Positions 17,128 to 26,720 of a stretch of 64,000 nucleotides of DNA are shown piece by piece. The number at the start of each line of letters is the position of its first letter. Position 1 is the first letter of the stretch. Both the position numbers and the translations under genes were made by a program. Source of the DNA: an uncultured Bifidobacteriaceae bacterium (GTDB lineage Bacteria > Verrucomicrobiota > Verrucomicrobiia > Limisphaerales > UBA11358); the NCBI GenBank assembly GCA_964532525.1, contig CAZHIM010000003.1, positions 4,819 to 68,818 on the forward strand, given 5' to 3'. Below the pieces are notes generated by a model. That model made no database searches. It had not been told where the DNA came from and worked only from the letters and a program-made list of their open reading frames with translations.

Positions 17128-19608
17128 ATGAGTGATCGAACCAGTTTGATAACAAGGGCAATCGTTTTGGCGGGAAGTCTCAGCGCGCTTACGGCGGCCG
17201 GTCAGGCACAAAGTGCCAGCCTCATTGTTGATGCCGGTCAAGTGCTTCACACAAACACGCCTTATCTGACCGGGGCGTGCCTTGAGGATGTGAACCACGA
17301 AATTTATGGCGGGATTGACAGCCAGATGATCTTTGGCGAGAGCTTTGCGGAACCCGCAGTGCAATTGCCGTTACGATCATTTAAAGCATACGAGGGCAGC
17401 TGGACGCCCCTGGGTGATGGCAGTGTTCAAGGAGTGGGCGGCGAGGGTGCAAAAATCATCTGGGATGGCCCCGGCTTTTCCACCGGGGAAGCCAGCGTGG
17501 ATGTCATGTTGACCGAAGCGGGTGGCGGTAACGGAGGTTTGATTTTCAAAGTCAAAGATCCCGGCAAGGGGGCGGATGCCTTCACCGGCTACGAAGTGTC
17601 GCTCGAAAGGCCCGGGTTTTTGGTGCTTGGACGCCATCGTCAGAACTGGGAACCGATCAAACGTGTTCCCTGCGACGTGCCGGTCCATCAGTGGATTAAC
17701 TTGGCCGTCCGTTGGGATGCAAAGTCAGTGGCAGTGTTCGTCAACGGCAAAAGCATCACGCGATATGAAGACGGCGAGCATCCGCTTGAGTCCGGGGCGG
17801 TGGGTTTGCGGGTCTGGCAGTGCAAGGTTTTATTCCGCAACTTTTCCGCCGGCAGGGCAGGGGTGGGGCAAATCATTCCGTTTGCCTGTGACTCCCGGAC
17901 TAATTTGGCCGGCGAGGTGAGTGGCATGTGGAATGCCATCCAACGGGGAACGGCGGCGGGCAAGTTTTCGCTGGAGAGTCAAACCGCATTTTCCGGCGGG
18001 CAAAGCCAGACTATTTCCTTCACGAGTGGCAGCGGGGAAGTGGGGATCGCGAATCAAAGTCTCAACCGTTGGGGCATGAATTTCGTCAAAGGCAAGCCAT
18101 ACGAGGGCTATCTTTGGGCGCGGGCCGAGTCGCCCACGGAAGCGTTCGTTGCGCTGGAAGGCAAGGATGGCGCAGTCTATGCGGAGAAATCCATGAAGCT
18201 GGAAGCCGGTGGCTGGCAGCGCCTTGACTTCAGGCTTGAGCCAAACGCGGCAGACATGGACGGCCAATTTGCGATCAAGCTCAAACAGCCTGGCACGATC
18301 GCGGTGGGTTACGCGTTTCTACAGGCCGGTTCGTGGGGGCGCTTCAAAGATTTGCCGGTGCGCAAGGATGTGGCCGGGGCGTTGATCGGCCAGGGAGTGA
18401 CGCTGCTGCGTTACGGTGGCAGCATGGTCAATAACCCCGAATATCGCTGGAAGAAAATGATCGGACCGCGCCCGCACCGCCCGCCGTATGCAGGGCATTG
18501 GCATCCGTATTCCTCCGATGGCTGGGGTATTTTTGATTTTCTGAACTTCTGCGAGGCCGCTGGATTCGTCGGCATTCCTGACCTCGACATTAATGAATCG
18601 CCGCAGGACATGGCTGATTTGATGGACTACCTCGACAGCGCTCCGAATAGCGAATGGGGGAGCAAACGCGCGGCTGACGGTCACGCTGCGCCATATCACT
18701 TGAAGTACATCGAGCTGGGCAACGAAGAACGCGTTGATGACAACTACTTTGAAAAGTTCAAAGCCATAGCGGAGGTGATCTGGGCGAAAGACCCTTCCCT
18801 CATTTTGATCGTGGGCGATTTTTCCTATCATCAGGTAATCACCGACCCGTTCAACTTCACCGGCGCAGACAGCGGCATCACAACCCTCGCTGCGCAGCGG
18901 AAGATTCTGGATTTGGCCAGACAAGACGATCGCGAAGTATGGTTTGACCTGCACGTTTGGACCGACGGTCCCCGGCCGGACAGCAGCCTGCCAGCGATGT
19001 TCTCCTATATTGACGCGATGGACAAAATTGCTGGCGGCGCGAAACACAGAGTGCTGGTTTTCGAGTTGAATGCCAACAACCACTCCCAGCGCCGGGCCTT
19101 GGCAAACGCGCTGGCTCTCAATGCGATCCAGCGGGATGGTCGCCTCCCGATTGTCTGTTCGGCAAATTGCCTCCAACCCGACGGCCAGAACGACAACGGC
19201 TGGGATCAGGGCTTGCTGTTCCTGAATCCATCGCAAGTCTGGCTACAACCGCCAGGTTTTGTAACCCAGATGATTTCGCGGAACTACGAGCCTCTGGTGG
19301 TGAAGAGTGAAAGTCTGGCGCGCGACCTCGACGTGAGCGCGACGAAGAGCGAGGACGGGAAAACGCTGGTGCTCCAAGTCGTGAACGTCGGAGGCGAAGC
19401 CCTGACGGTTCCACTGATAATCTCCGGCTTCGTTCCCGCAAAATCTGTGGCGCACGTGTTGGCGCTAAAAGGTCCCTTGGATGAGCAAAACACGGCAATG
19501 GCGATCGGGGGCATCAAACCAGTGGCGATTGAATGGAAACATGGTTTGGAAAATGGCAAAACCATGGTGACTTTTCCCGCGCACTCATTCACGGTCATCC
19601 GGCTATGA
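17128..19608 (+). CDS. Secreted GH51-like hydrolase, paralog of 13709..17101 without the C-terminal LamG/FYRI module, ~826 aa
   Basis: ORF 16936..19608(+), start trimmed to ATG 17128 (MSDRTSLITRAIVLAGSLSALTAAGQAQS signal). Colinear with its neighbour: GACLEDVNHEIYGGIDSQMIFGESFAEP, LRYGGSMVNNPEYRWKKMIGPR, YIELGNEE, VLVFELNANNHSQRRALANALALNAIQRDG. Confidence 0.6.
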   Translation: MSDRTSLITRAIVLAGSLSALTAAGQAQSASLIVDAGQVLHTNTPYLTGACLEDVNHEIYGGIDSQMIFGESFAEPAVQLPLRSFKAYEGSWTPLGDGSVQGVGGEGAKIIWDGPGFSTGEASVDVMLTEAGGGNGGLIFKVKDPGKGADAFTGYEVSLERPGFLVLGRHRQNWEPIKRVPCDVPVHQWINLAVRWDAKSVAVFVNGKSITRYEDGEHPLESGAVGLRVWQCKVLFRNFSAGRAGVGQIIPFACDSRTNLAGEVSGMWNAIQRGTAAGKFSLESQTAFSGGQSQTISFTSGSGEVGIANQSLNRWGMNFVKGKPYEGYLWARAESPTEAFVALEGKDGAVYAEKSMKLEAGGWQRLDFRLEPNAADMDGQFAIKLKQPGTIAVGYAFLQAGSWGRFKDLPVRKDVAGALIGQGVTLLRYGGSMVNNPEYRWKKMIGPRPHRPPYAGHWHPYSSDGWGIFDFLNFCEAAGFVGIPDLDINESPQDMADLMDYLDSAPNSEWGSKRAADGHAAPYHLKYIELGNEERVDDNYFEKFKAIAEVIWAKDPSLILIVGDFSYHQVITDPFNFTGADSGITTLAAQRKILDLARQDDREVWFDLHVWTDGPRPDSSLPAMFSYIDAMDKIAGGAKHRVLVFELNANNHSQRRALANALALNAIQRDGRLPIVCSANCLQPDGQNDNGWDQGLLFLNPSQVWLQPPGFVTQMISRNYEPLVVKSESLARDLDVSATKSEDGKTLVLQVVNVGGEALTVPLIISGFVPAKSVAHVLALKGPLDEQNTAMAIGGIKPVAIEWKHGLENGKTMVTFPAHSFTVIRL

Positions 19609-19879
19609 AATTTTCATCGGCCCCACGCGCTGACTTCGCCCGGAGTTTTGCCGCCGCCGGCCAGCCTCCCAGAGGATGCCGGGGAAATCGCCCAAGCCCG
19701 TGCCAGATGTGAATCGAGGGCTTGTGCCGTTGGCGGAGCCACGGGAGCAACCTCAGTATCGCTCAGCCCGGATTACCTTGCGATAAAGCGGCATTGTTAC
19801 CAGAATAATCCGGTTAATCCGATAAGAGAGCCGTCTGGCCCGCCCCCGACCCGATCATATTGCAGATTAGCTTGACGCC

Positions 19880-20761
19880 ATGCCGATTTTGAACCAGAAA
19901 ATTCTCGCCGCGCTGGATCTCAAAGTGTTGACAATCCAGCGGACGGTGGCGGGACGGTGGTGGAATTTCAGGAACGTGCTGAGTCCATATTCCCGGCTCT
20001 GGCTTGTACTGGATGGCCACGGGGTAGTGCGGCATCACGGGCGCGAATTCAAGCTTGAAGCTGGCCAGCTCCACCTCGTGCCACCGTTTACGCCCCATGA
20101 CTGTTCGTGCTCCCGCCGGCTCGACCATTATCATCTGCATTTTATATCGCGCCTGCCGACCGGCATAGACTTGTTCTCACTGCTCGATTTTGAATATCAG
20201 ATCCCAGCACCTGTGGATGCCCTGAAGTCCTTCCGGCGGCTGGAGGCCATTTATCCGGATCGCAAATTGCCGTGCTTTGATCCGGCCCGGGATGAATATC
20301 GTCGGTTGCCAGCCCTGCTGCCCGAGACTTTGCAGAATATTGCGCCAACAGACTGGTTTGAGGCGAACGCGCTGCTCGCGCTTTTATTGCCGCCGTTTTT
20401 GAATACCGCACAAGAACATCAGGGAATGCACGCTCGTGCGACCCGCCTGTTCCAGTCGGTGCAAGGGTTTATTCACGCCCATATGCATGAGACGATTCTG
20501 CTGGGCGATCTTGCGCGGGTGGCCAAATTGCACCCGACCTATTTCTCCGACCATTTTCTGGAACTTGTCGGGGTGCGTCCGCTGGAATATCTCATGTGCC
20601 GCCGGATTGAACGGGCGCAGTATCTTTTGCTCGCGAGCAAGGCTTCCGTAAAGGAGATTGCTGCGGCCGTCGGCATTTCCGATCCGACTTACTTCAGCCG
20701 GGTATTCACCCGGCGGTGCCGAATGTCTCCCAAAAAATACCGCGCGACCCACTCGGCATAA
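19880..20761 (+). CDS. AraC-family transcriptional regulator (cupin-like sensor plus HTH)
   Basis: ORF 19880..20761(+). C-terminal AraC HTH LGDLARVAKLHPTYFSDHFLELVGVRPLEYLMCRRIERAQYLLLASKASVKEIAAAVGISDPTYFSRVFTRRCRMSPKKYR. Immediately upstream of fucI. Confidence 0.8.
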   Translation: MPILNQKILAALDLKVLTIQRTVAGRWWNFRNVLSPYSRLWLVLDGHGVVRHHGREFKLEAGQLHLVPPFTPHDCSCSRRLDHYHLHFISRLPTGIDLFSLLDFEYQIPAPVDALKSFRRLEAIYPDRKLPCFDPARDEYRRLPALLPETLQNIAPTDWFEANALLALLLPPFLNTAQEHQGMHARATRLFQSVQGFIHAHMHETILLGDLARVAKLHPTYFSDHFLELVGVRPLEYLMCRRIERAQYLLLASKASVKEIAAAVGISDPTYFSRVFTRRCRMSPKKYRATHSA

Positions 20762-20881
20762 ATGTCTGGCGGCCAAACCTGTGTTTGGTACAAGTATTCC
20801 CGGTTCCCGTCCAAGTAAATATCCCGCCGGCCGGCCACCGGTGTGCCATCATGGAAGCCACAGCAAATCACGGAATACATT

Positions 20882-22666
20882 ATGAAACTTTCCATCTTCA
20901 ACGGTTCTCTTCCCAAGATTGGCATCCGGCCCGTGATCGACGGCCGGCTTGGCGGCGTGCGCGAGTCGCTCGAAAAGCAGACCATGGAAATGGCGACGTC
21001 CGCCGGGAAGCTGATTTCCACCAGCCTGCGCTACCCGAACGGCGAACCGGTCCAATCAGTCATCGCCGACACTTGCATCGGTGGCGTGGCGGAGGCGGCG
21101 GCGTGCGCGGAGAAGTTTGCCCAAGCCGGCGTTGGTTTGACACTGACCGTCACCCCGTGCTGGTGCTATGGCAGCGAAACGATGGACATGAATCCCCTGA
21201 TTCCGAAGGCAGTCTGGGGCTTCAACGGCACCGAACGGCCCGGCGCGGTCTATCTGGCCGCCGTGCTGGCCGGCCATGCGCAAAAGGGCCGGCCCGCCTT
21301 CGGCATATATGGCCGTGACGTGCAGGACGGCACCGATCGGACGATACCCGCCGACGTGCAGGAAAAAATTCTCCGGTTTGCGCGCGCCGGCCTGGCGGTG
21401 GCGTTGATACACGGCAAGTCGTATCTCAGCATGGGCGGCGTGGCCATGGGCATCGCCGGCTCGATTGTGGACCAGCCGTTCTTCGAGGATTATCTCGGCA
21501 TGAGAGTCGAGGCGATTGACTTGACGGAATTTCTCCGCCGCATGGACCAGGGCATTTTCGACCCGGCCGAACACAAGCAGGCGCTGAAGTGGGTGAAGGA
21601 AAACTGCAAGGAAGGCAAGGATTACAATTCCCCCAGGACCACCCGCTCCCGTGCGCAGTTGGACACGGAATGGGAAAAATCCGTGAAGATGGCGATTATC
21701 GCGCGCGACCTGATGGTGGGCAATCCCAAGCTCGCCGAAATGGGTTTCAACGAGGCGGCGCACGGACACAACGCCATTTTGGCCGGCTTCCAAGGGCAGC
21801 GCCAATGGACGGATTACCAGCCCAACGGCGATTTTCTGGAAGCCATCCTGAACACCTCGTTCGACTGGAACGGCCTCCGCGCGCCGTACATCGTCGCCAC
21901 CGAGAATGACTCGCTCAACGGCGCGACGATGCTGTTCAGCCACCTGCTCACCAACACCGCGCAAATTTTTGCCGACGTGCGGACGTATTGGAGTCCGGAA
22001 TCGGTGAAGCGCGTGACCGGCCATACGCTGGACGGTGCGGCGGCGGGCGGTATTCTGCATCTCATCAATTCCGGCGCCGCGACGCTCGACGGCAGCGGCC
22101 AGCAATCCCGCGACGGCCAGCCCGTGATGAAGCCGTTCTGGGAAATCACCACGGAAGAGGTGCGGAAATGTCTCCGCGCCACGACCTGGCATCCGAGCAT
22201 CACGGAATACTTCCCCGGCGGCGGCTGGAGTTCGCGCTTCCTCACGCGCGGCGGCATGCCCGCGACGATGTGCCGTTTGAATCTCGTCAAAGGCCTGGGG
22301 CCCGTGTTGCAAATTGCCGAAGGCAGCACCGTTGATTTGCCGGAAAAGGTCCACAACATTCTGGATCAACGAACGAACCCCACGTGGCCCACCACGTGGT
22401 TCGCACCGAACCTGACCGGCCATGGCGCGTTCCGCGATGCCTATACCGTGATGAACAACTGGGGCGCAAACCATGGTGCCATCAGTTGCGGCCATATCGG
22501 CGCGGATTTGATTTCACTGGCGGCGATGCTGCGAATTCCGGTTTTCATGCACAACGTGGCGGAGGAAAAGATTTTCCGGCCCAGCGCGTGGTCCGCCTTC
22601 GGGACGCAATGCCTGGAAGGTGCCGACTATCGCGCCTGCCAGAATTTCGGCGCTCTATACGCATAA
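20882..22666 (+). CDS. fucI: L-fucose isomerase
   Basis: ORF 20843..22666(+), start trimmed to ATG 20882 ([38 protein letters not shown], the classic FucI N-terminus). ~594 aa; ends [15 protein letters not shown]. Confidence 0.92.
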   Translation: MKLSIFNGSLPKIGIRPVIDGRLGGVRESLEKQTMEMATSAGKLISTSLRYPNGEPVQSVIADTCIGGVAEAAACAEKFAQAGVGLTLTVTPCWCYGSETMDMNPLIPKAVWGFNGTERPGAVYLAAVLAGHAQKGRPAFGIYGRDVQDGTDRTIPADVQEKILRFARAGLAVALIHGKSYLSMGGVAMGIAGSIVDQPFFEDYLGMRVEAIDLTEFLRRMDQGIFDPAEHKQALKWVKENCKEGKDYNSPRTTRSRAQLDTEWEKSVKMAIIARDLMVGNPKLAEMGFNEAAHGHNAILAGFQGQRQWTDYQPNGDFLEAILNTSFDWNGLRAPYIVATENDSLNGATMLFSHLLTNTAQIFADVRTYWSPESVKRVTGHTLDGAAAGGILHLINSGAATLDGSGQQSRDGQPVMKPFWEITTEEVRKCLRATTWHPSITEYFPGGGWSSRFLTRGGMPATMCRLNLVKGLGPVLQIAEGSTVDLPEKVHNILDQRTNPTWPTTWFAPNLTGHGAFRDAYTVMNNWGANHGAISCGHIGADLISLAAMLRIPVFMHNVAEEKIFRPSAWSAFGTQCLEGADYRACQNFGALYA

Positions 22667-22687
22667 AGCAGACAAGCCTTTAAATTT

Positions 22688-22813
22688 ATGCTCAAAGGAA
22701 TTTCGTCCCGCATCAGCCCGGGTCTTTTGAAAGTCCTCGCTGAGATGGGGCACGGCGGCGAGTGGGTGCTTGCTGACGCGCATTTCCCAGGCCACTCGGC
22801 AACATTCTCTTGA
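22688..22813 (+). pseudogene. fucU: Truncated L-fucose mutarotase (RbsD/FucU family): only the first 41 codons, then a stop
   Basis: Below the ORF-track size cutoff. ATG 22688 gives [41 protein letters not shown]-stop. This matches the FucU N-terminus ([30 protein letters not shown]). Full-length FucU is ~140 aa, and no continuation is seen in any frame before fucP. Confidence 0.75.
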
Positions 22814-22901
22814 AGAAAGGCGCCACTCCTGTTTGCTGCGATGTTTTCGCGGCCATTTGAACAGAGGTTAAAGAACCTTAATCCGAAATCACAACCAGAT
22901 C

Positions 22902-24173
22902 ATGATCACCCCGGTTCAAACTGCCGCCGCTTCCCGAGCCAGGGCCGGCATCTTCCGCACGCCCGACGGCAGAAATCTTTTTGTCACCTTTGCGTTGGTC
23001 ACCCTGCTGTTCCTGCTGTGGGGGTTTTGCAACGGCATGATTGACATTCTCAACAAGCACTTCCAAAACACGCTTCACATCAACAAATTTCAATCGGGCT
23101 TCGTGCAGTTCGCCAATTATATCGCCTACTTTCTCATGGCGATTCCGGCCGGCATCATTGCGCGGAAGTTCGGTTACAAGGGTGGCATCATCGCCGGCCT
23201 CGTGCTGATTGCGGCGGGCGCGTTCTGGTTCATTCCGGCGACCAGCATCGGGGCCTATTGGGCGTTTTTGACCGGCCTCTTCATCCTCGCGGCGGGGATG
23301 GCCTGCCTGGAAACCATCGCCAATCCCTACACCACCGTGCTGGGACCGGCGGAAAGTGGTGCGACGCGCATCAACATCGCCCAAAGCTGCAATGGCATCG
23401 GCTGGATTTTGGGCCCGATTGTCGGTGGCCATTTCGTGTTTAGCGGCGGCACCATGGCGGACGCGAATGCCGGGCTTTACATTCCCTACCTTGGCGTCGG
23501 GATTGTGGTGGTGGTTTTGATGGTGGTGTTCGTTCTCGCTCAGGTGCCGAATCTGCACGCGGAGGAAGAGGTGCCGTCGGAGGCAGAGGGCAAGGGGCGG
23601 AAACCGCTGTGGCGACGCTGGCATTTCACCTTTGGCGTGGCCGCGCAATTTCTTTACGTCGCGGCGCAGACGGGCATCTTCAGCTTTTTCATCAACTATG
23701 TCGTGGAAAATGACCATAGCGTGACCGAACAAAAAGCTTCCTATTGGTTGGGAGCCATCGGCTTCATGCTGTTTCTAACTGGACGCGTGTGTGGCAGCGC
23801 GGTTATCAGCCAGTTCAAACCGCAGCGTGTGCTGACCACTTATGCGATCCTGTGTGCGGTGCTGACGGCGATGGCGATGGGCGGCGGCAAGCCGGGCTTG
23901 TATGGGATCTTTGGCACGTTCTTCTTCATGTCCATCATGTTCCCGACGATTTTTGCGCTCGGCATCCGCGGGCTGGGTGAACACACCAAGCTGGCGTCGT
24001 CGCTCATCGTGATGTCCATTGTGGGTGGCGCGATTGCCCCGCCGTTGATGGGCTACATCGCCGACCATTCCTCAATGCGCGCGGGTTTTGCGCTGCCGCT
24101 GATCTGTTTTGTATTCATCGCTGGTTATGGCCTGGTCTGGCAGAAGCTGGAGAACCAAGACCGCGAAGCCTGA
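22902..24173 (+). CDS. fucP: L-fucose:H+ symporter permease (MFS)
   Basis: ORF 22902..24173(+). FALVTLLFLLWGFCNGMIDILNKHFQNTLHINKFQSGFVQFANYIAYFLMAIPAG is the FucP signature region. 423 aa. Confidence 0.9.
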   Translation: MITPVQTAAASRARAGIFRTPDGRNLFVTFALVTLLFLLWGFCNGMIDILNKHFQNTLHINKFQSGFVQFANYIAYFLMAIPAGIIARKFGYKGGIIAGLVLIAAGAFWFIPATSIGAYWAFLTGLFILAAGMACLETIANPYTTVLGPAESGATRINIAQSCNGIGWILGPIVGGHFVFSGGTMADANAGLYIPYLGVGIVVVVLMVVFVLAQVPNLHAEEEVPSEAEGKGRKPLWRRWHFTFGVAAQFLYVAAQTGIFSFFINYVVENDHSVTEQKASYWLGAIGFMLFLTGRVCGSAVISQFKPQRVLTTYAILCAVLTAMAMGGGKPGLYGIFGTFFFMSIMFPTIFALGIRGLGEHTKLASSLIVMSIVGGAIAPPLMGYIADHSSMRAGFALPLICFVFIAGYGLVWQKLENQDREA

Positions 24174-24227
24174 AAGTTTCAGCGTCTGCATCGGGGCGCA
24201 AGATTTTATCGCTGGAATAGTTTTTTT

Positions 24228-24326
24228 ATGTCACAGAAAGTTTATCTCGCCGTGGACCTGGGCGCGGAAAGCGGTCGCCTCATCGCCGGCCGGTGGAACG
24301 CCGCAGGCCGTTTTGCCGAATTATAA
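24228..24326 (+). pseudogene. N-terminal stub (32 codons) of an FGGY-family sugar kinase (rhamnulokinase/fuculokinase-like)
   Basis: ATG 24228 gives MSQKVYLAVDLGAESGRLIAGRWNAAGRFAEL-stop. The AVDLGA(S/E)SGR phosphate-1 motif is typical of rhamnulokinase/FGGY N-termini. No continuation was recognised in the other frames up to lutA. Confidence 0.55.
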
Positions 24327-24612
24327 CGCAGCCGAAACCTCTTCAGGTCAACATCCGGCAGGAAGGGATCAAGATCATCGTTGAGAACGCCAATTTCAGG
24401 CCGGTACCTCGAGGTGCGAACGGACAGTCAAATGGGCGTTTGAAATGAGGTTTATCCTATGCAAGTCCGCGATCAAAACCGTCAATGGCGGCGCAGACAC
24501 TGTCATTGATGAGTTTCTTGATTCGTGCTCTCGAAGCTCGAAGCTATGAGCCTTGACCGGTTCTCGAATGTATGGCATCAGGAGGGCGTGCATCCACTTG
24601 GGTAAGCAAATC

Positions 24613-25329
24613 ATGACGATTACCTTGTTCATACCGTGCTTCGTTGACCTGATGTATCCCGAAGTGGGCATCAGCATTGTTCGAATTTTTGAGAAGCTCG
24701 GGCACCAGGTGGTTGTGCCTCCCGCCCCGGCCTGTTGCGGTCAACCGGCGTTTAATTCCGGCTATTGGGATGAGGCCCGATCCACGGCGGTGAAGGTTCT
24801 GGAACAACTGCAATTCGCCGAGACCGTCGTTGTTCCCAGCGGCTCCTGCGGCGCGATGTTGAAGGTCTTCTATCGGGAGCTGTTCGCCGGCACGCCTCAC
24901 GCAGGCACCGCCCAAAAGCTCGCGGCCAAAACGCACGAGTTTTCCTCGTTCCTGGTCAACCAGCTCGGCGTGACCGACCTTGGCGCGAATTTTCCGCATA
25001 AAGTCACGTTCCATGACGGCTGCCACGGCCTGCGTGAATTGAACAACAAACTGCCGCCCCGCCAGTTGCTGGCCAAAGTGCGCGGATTGGAGTTGGTGGA
25101 GATGTCGCCGCCGGAAACGTGCTGCGGTTTTGGCGGCACGTTTTCCGCCAAGTTTCCAGCCATCGCCACCGCCATGGGCGAAGGCAAATGCGCCAGCATC
25201 CTGGACACCCAGGCCGACTATGTGGTCTCCTGCGATTCCAGTTGCCTGATGCAGATCCAGGGTCTGGCCAGCCGGCGGCAGATGCCGGTTAAAACCATCC
25301 ATCTCGCCCAAGTCCTGGCTGCGTCATGA
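24613..25329 (+). CDS. lutA: Lactate utilization protein A (CCG-domain Fe-S oxidoreductase subunit)
   Basis: ORF 24553..25329(+), start trimmed to ATG 24613 (MTITLFIPCFVDLMYPEVGISIVRIFEKLGHQVVVPPAPACCGQPAFNSGY). Second CCG motif ETCCGFGGTFS. Confidence 0.85.
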   Translation: MTITLFIPCFVDLMYPEVGISIVRIFEKLGHQVVVPPAPACCGQPAFNSGYWDEARSTAVKVLEQLQFAETVVVPSGSCGAMLKVFYRELFAGTPHAGTAQKLAAKTHEFSSFLVNQLGVTDLGANFPHKVTFHDGCHGLRELNNKLPPRQLLAKVRGLELVEMSPPETCCGFGGTFSAKFPAIATAMGEGKCASILDTQADYVVSCDSSCLMQIQGLASRRQMPVKTIHLAQVLAAS

Positions 25330-26720
25330 CTGCGCCCGCCGCCCAATTTAAGGCCGATGCCGGCCGGCTCTCTGCCGATCTGCGGCAGCGCGGTATTATC
25401 CAGACGGCGATGGGTAAATATGAAGTCGTGCGGGACCAGCGCAAGGCGGGTTTTCAAGACTGGCAAGGCGCGCGCGAACTGGCGGCGCGCACGAAATTCC
25501 AGGCGGTCAATCATCTCGGCCAATACTTGGAGGATTTGGCCTCCAAGCTCGAGGCGCGCGGCACCAAAGTCCATTGGGCCGGCACTGGCGCGCAGGCGCG
25601 CGAAATCATTTTAGCCATCTTGCGCGAGAAGCAGGCGCGCGTCGTGGTCAAATCCAAATCCATGACTTCCGAGGAAATTCACCTCAACGGCGCGCTGGAG
25701 GGGGCCGGCTATGAGGTGGTGGAATCCGATTTGGGTGAATTCATCATGCAACTGCGCGGGGAGCCGCCCTATCACTTGGTCTTCCCGTCCATGCACCTCA
25801 CCCGCGGCGAAATCCGGGACCTGTTCGCTGAAAAGTTGCACGACGCGCCTTCGGACAATCCCGAAGATCTGACGATGGTGGCGCGCCGGGTGTTGCGCCA
25901 AAAATATCTGCAAGCCGATATTGGCATTACGGGCGCGAATTTTGCCATTGCCGAAACCGGCATGATTTCCATCACGGAGAACGAGGGCAATGCCCGGCTC
26001 ACCGCCGCGCTGCCCAAGACGATGATCACGCTGGTCGGCATCGAAAAGATTCTGCCCCGCCTCGCCGATTTGGGCTTGTTCCTGCCCATGCTTGCCGTGA
26101 TGGGCGCCGGGCAGTTGTTGACGGGCTACAACACACTTTATGGCGGACCGCGCCAGCCGGGCGAGCCTGACGGACCGGAGGAATTCCACGTGGTCTTCCT
26201 GGACAATCAGCGAACCGCGCTGTTGGCCGACGCCGAGCAGCGCGATGCGCTGGGCTGTATCCGGTGCGGCGCCTGTCTGAACGTCTGCCCCATTTTCCGC
26301 AACGTCGGCGGCCACACTTACGGCACCACCTATGGCGGGCCGATCGGGTCGGTGATCACCCCGCACCTGCGTGGCTTGGCCGAGTGGAAACATCTGAGCG
26401 ACGCCTCGTCGCTTTGCGGCGCCTGCAGTGAAACTTGTCCGGTGAAGATTGAGCTGCACCATCATTTGCTGCAAAACCGCCGCAACGGAGCGCAAGCCAA
26501 ACCCAGTTGGTTCCAAAAAACTGCTTTCAAAATTTTCGCGGCGGTGGCGAACAATGCCCGGTGGTGGTCGCTCGTCACCAAGCTGGCCCGCGTGGGGCAG
26601 GTGTTTCAGAAACCGGTCAAAGGCACGGCGCTCGATCCGGCGTCTGTCTGGACCAAAACCCGGGATTTGCCGCCCGTGGCGAAAGAGAGTTTTCGCGAGT
26701 GGTGGAAAGGACGAAAATGA
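25326..26720 (+). CDS. lutB: Lactate utilization protein B (LUD domain plus 2 x 4Fe-4S)
   Basis: ORF 25326..26720(+). Start overlaps the lutA stop (ATGA). CIRCGACLNVCP and CGACSETCP cluster motifs. LUD-type TGANFAIAETGMISITENEGNARL. Confidence 0.85.
   Translation: MTAPAAQFKADAGRLSADLRQRGIIQTAMGKYEVVRDQRKAGFQDWQGARELAARTKFQAVNHLGQYLEDLASKLEARGTKVHWAGTGAQAREIILAILREKQARVVVKSKSMTSEEIHLNGALEGAGYEVVESDLGEFIMQLRGEPPYHLVFPSMHLTRGEIRDLFAEKLHDAPSDNPEDLTMVARRVLRQKYLQADIGITGANFAIAETGMISITENEGNARLTAALPKTMITLVGIEKILPRLADLGLFLPMLAVMGAGQLLTGYNTLYGGPRQPGEPDGPEEFHVVFLDNQRTALLADAEQRDALGCIRCGACLNVCPIFRNVGGHTYGTTYGGPIGSVITPHLRGLAEWKHLSDASSLCGACSETCPVKIELHHHLLQNRRNGAQAKPSWFQKTAFKIFAAVANNARWWSLVTKLARVGQVFQKPVKGTALDPASVWTKTRDLPPVAKESFREWWKGRK

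Noticed and set aside
21056-22495. 479-aa minus-strand ORF
   Set aside because: It lies entirely inside the unmistakable fucI gene on the opposite strand, with an Arg/Gly/Ala-rich nonsense-like translation.
24396-24677. 93-aa minus-strand ORF between the kinase stub and lutA
   Set aside because: It overlaps the lutA start region on the opposite strand and has no recognisable similarity. It is probably spurious.
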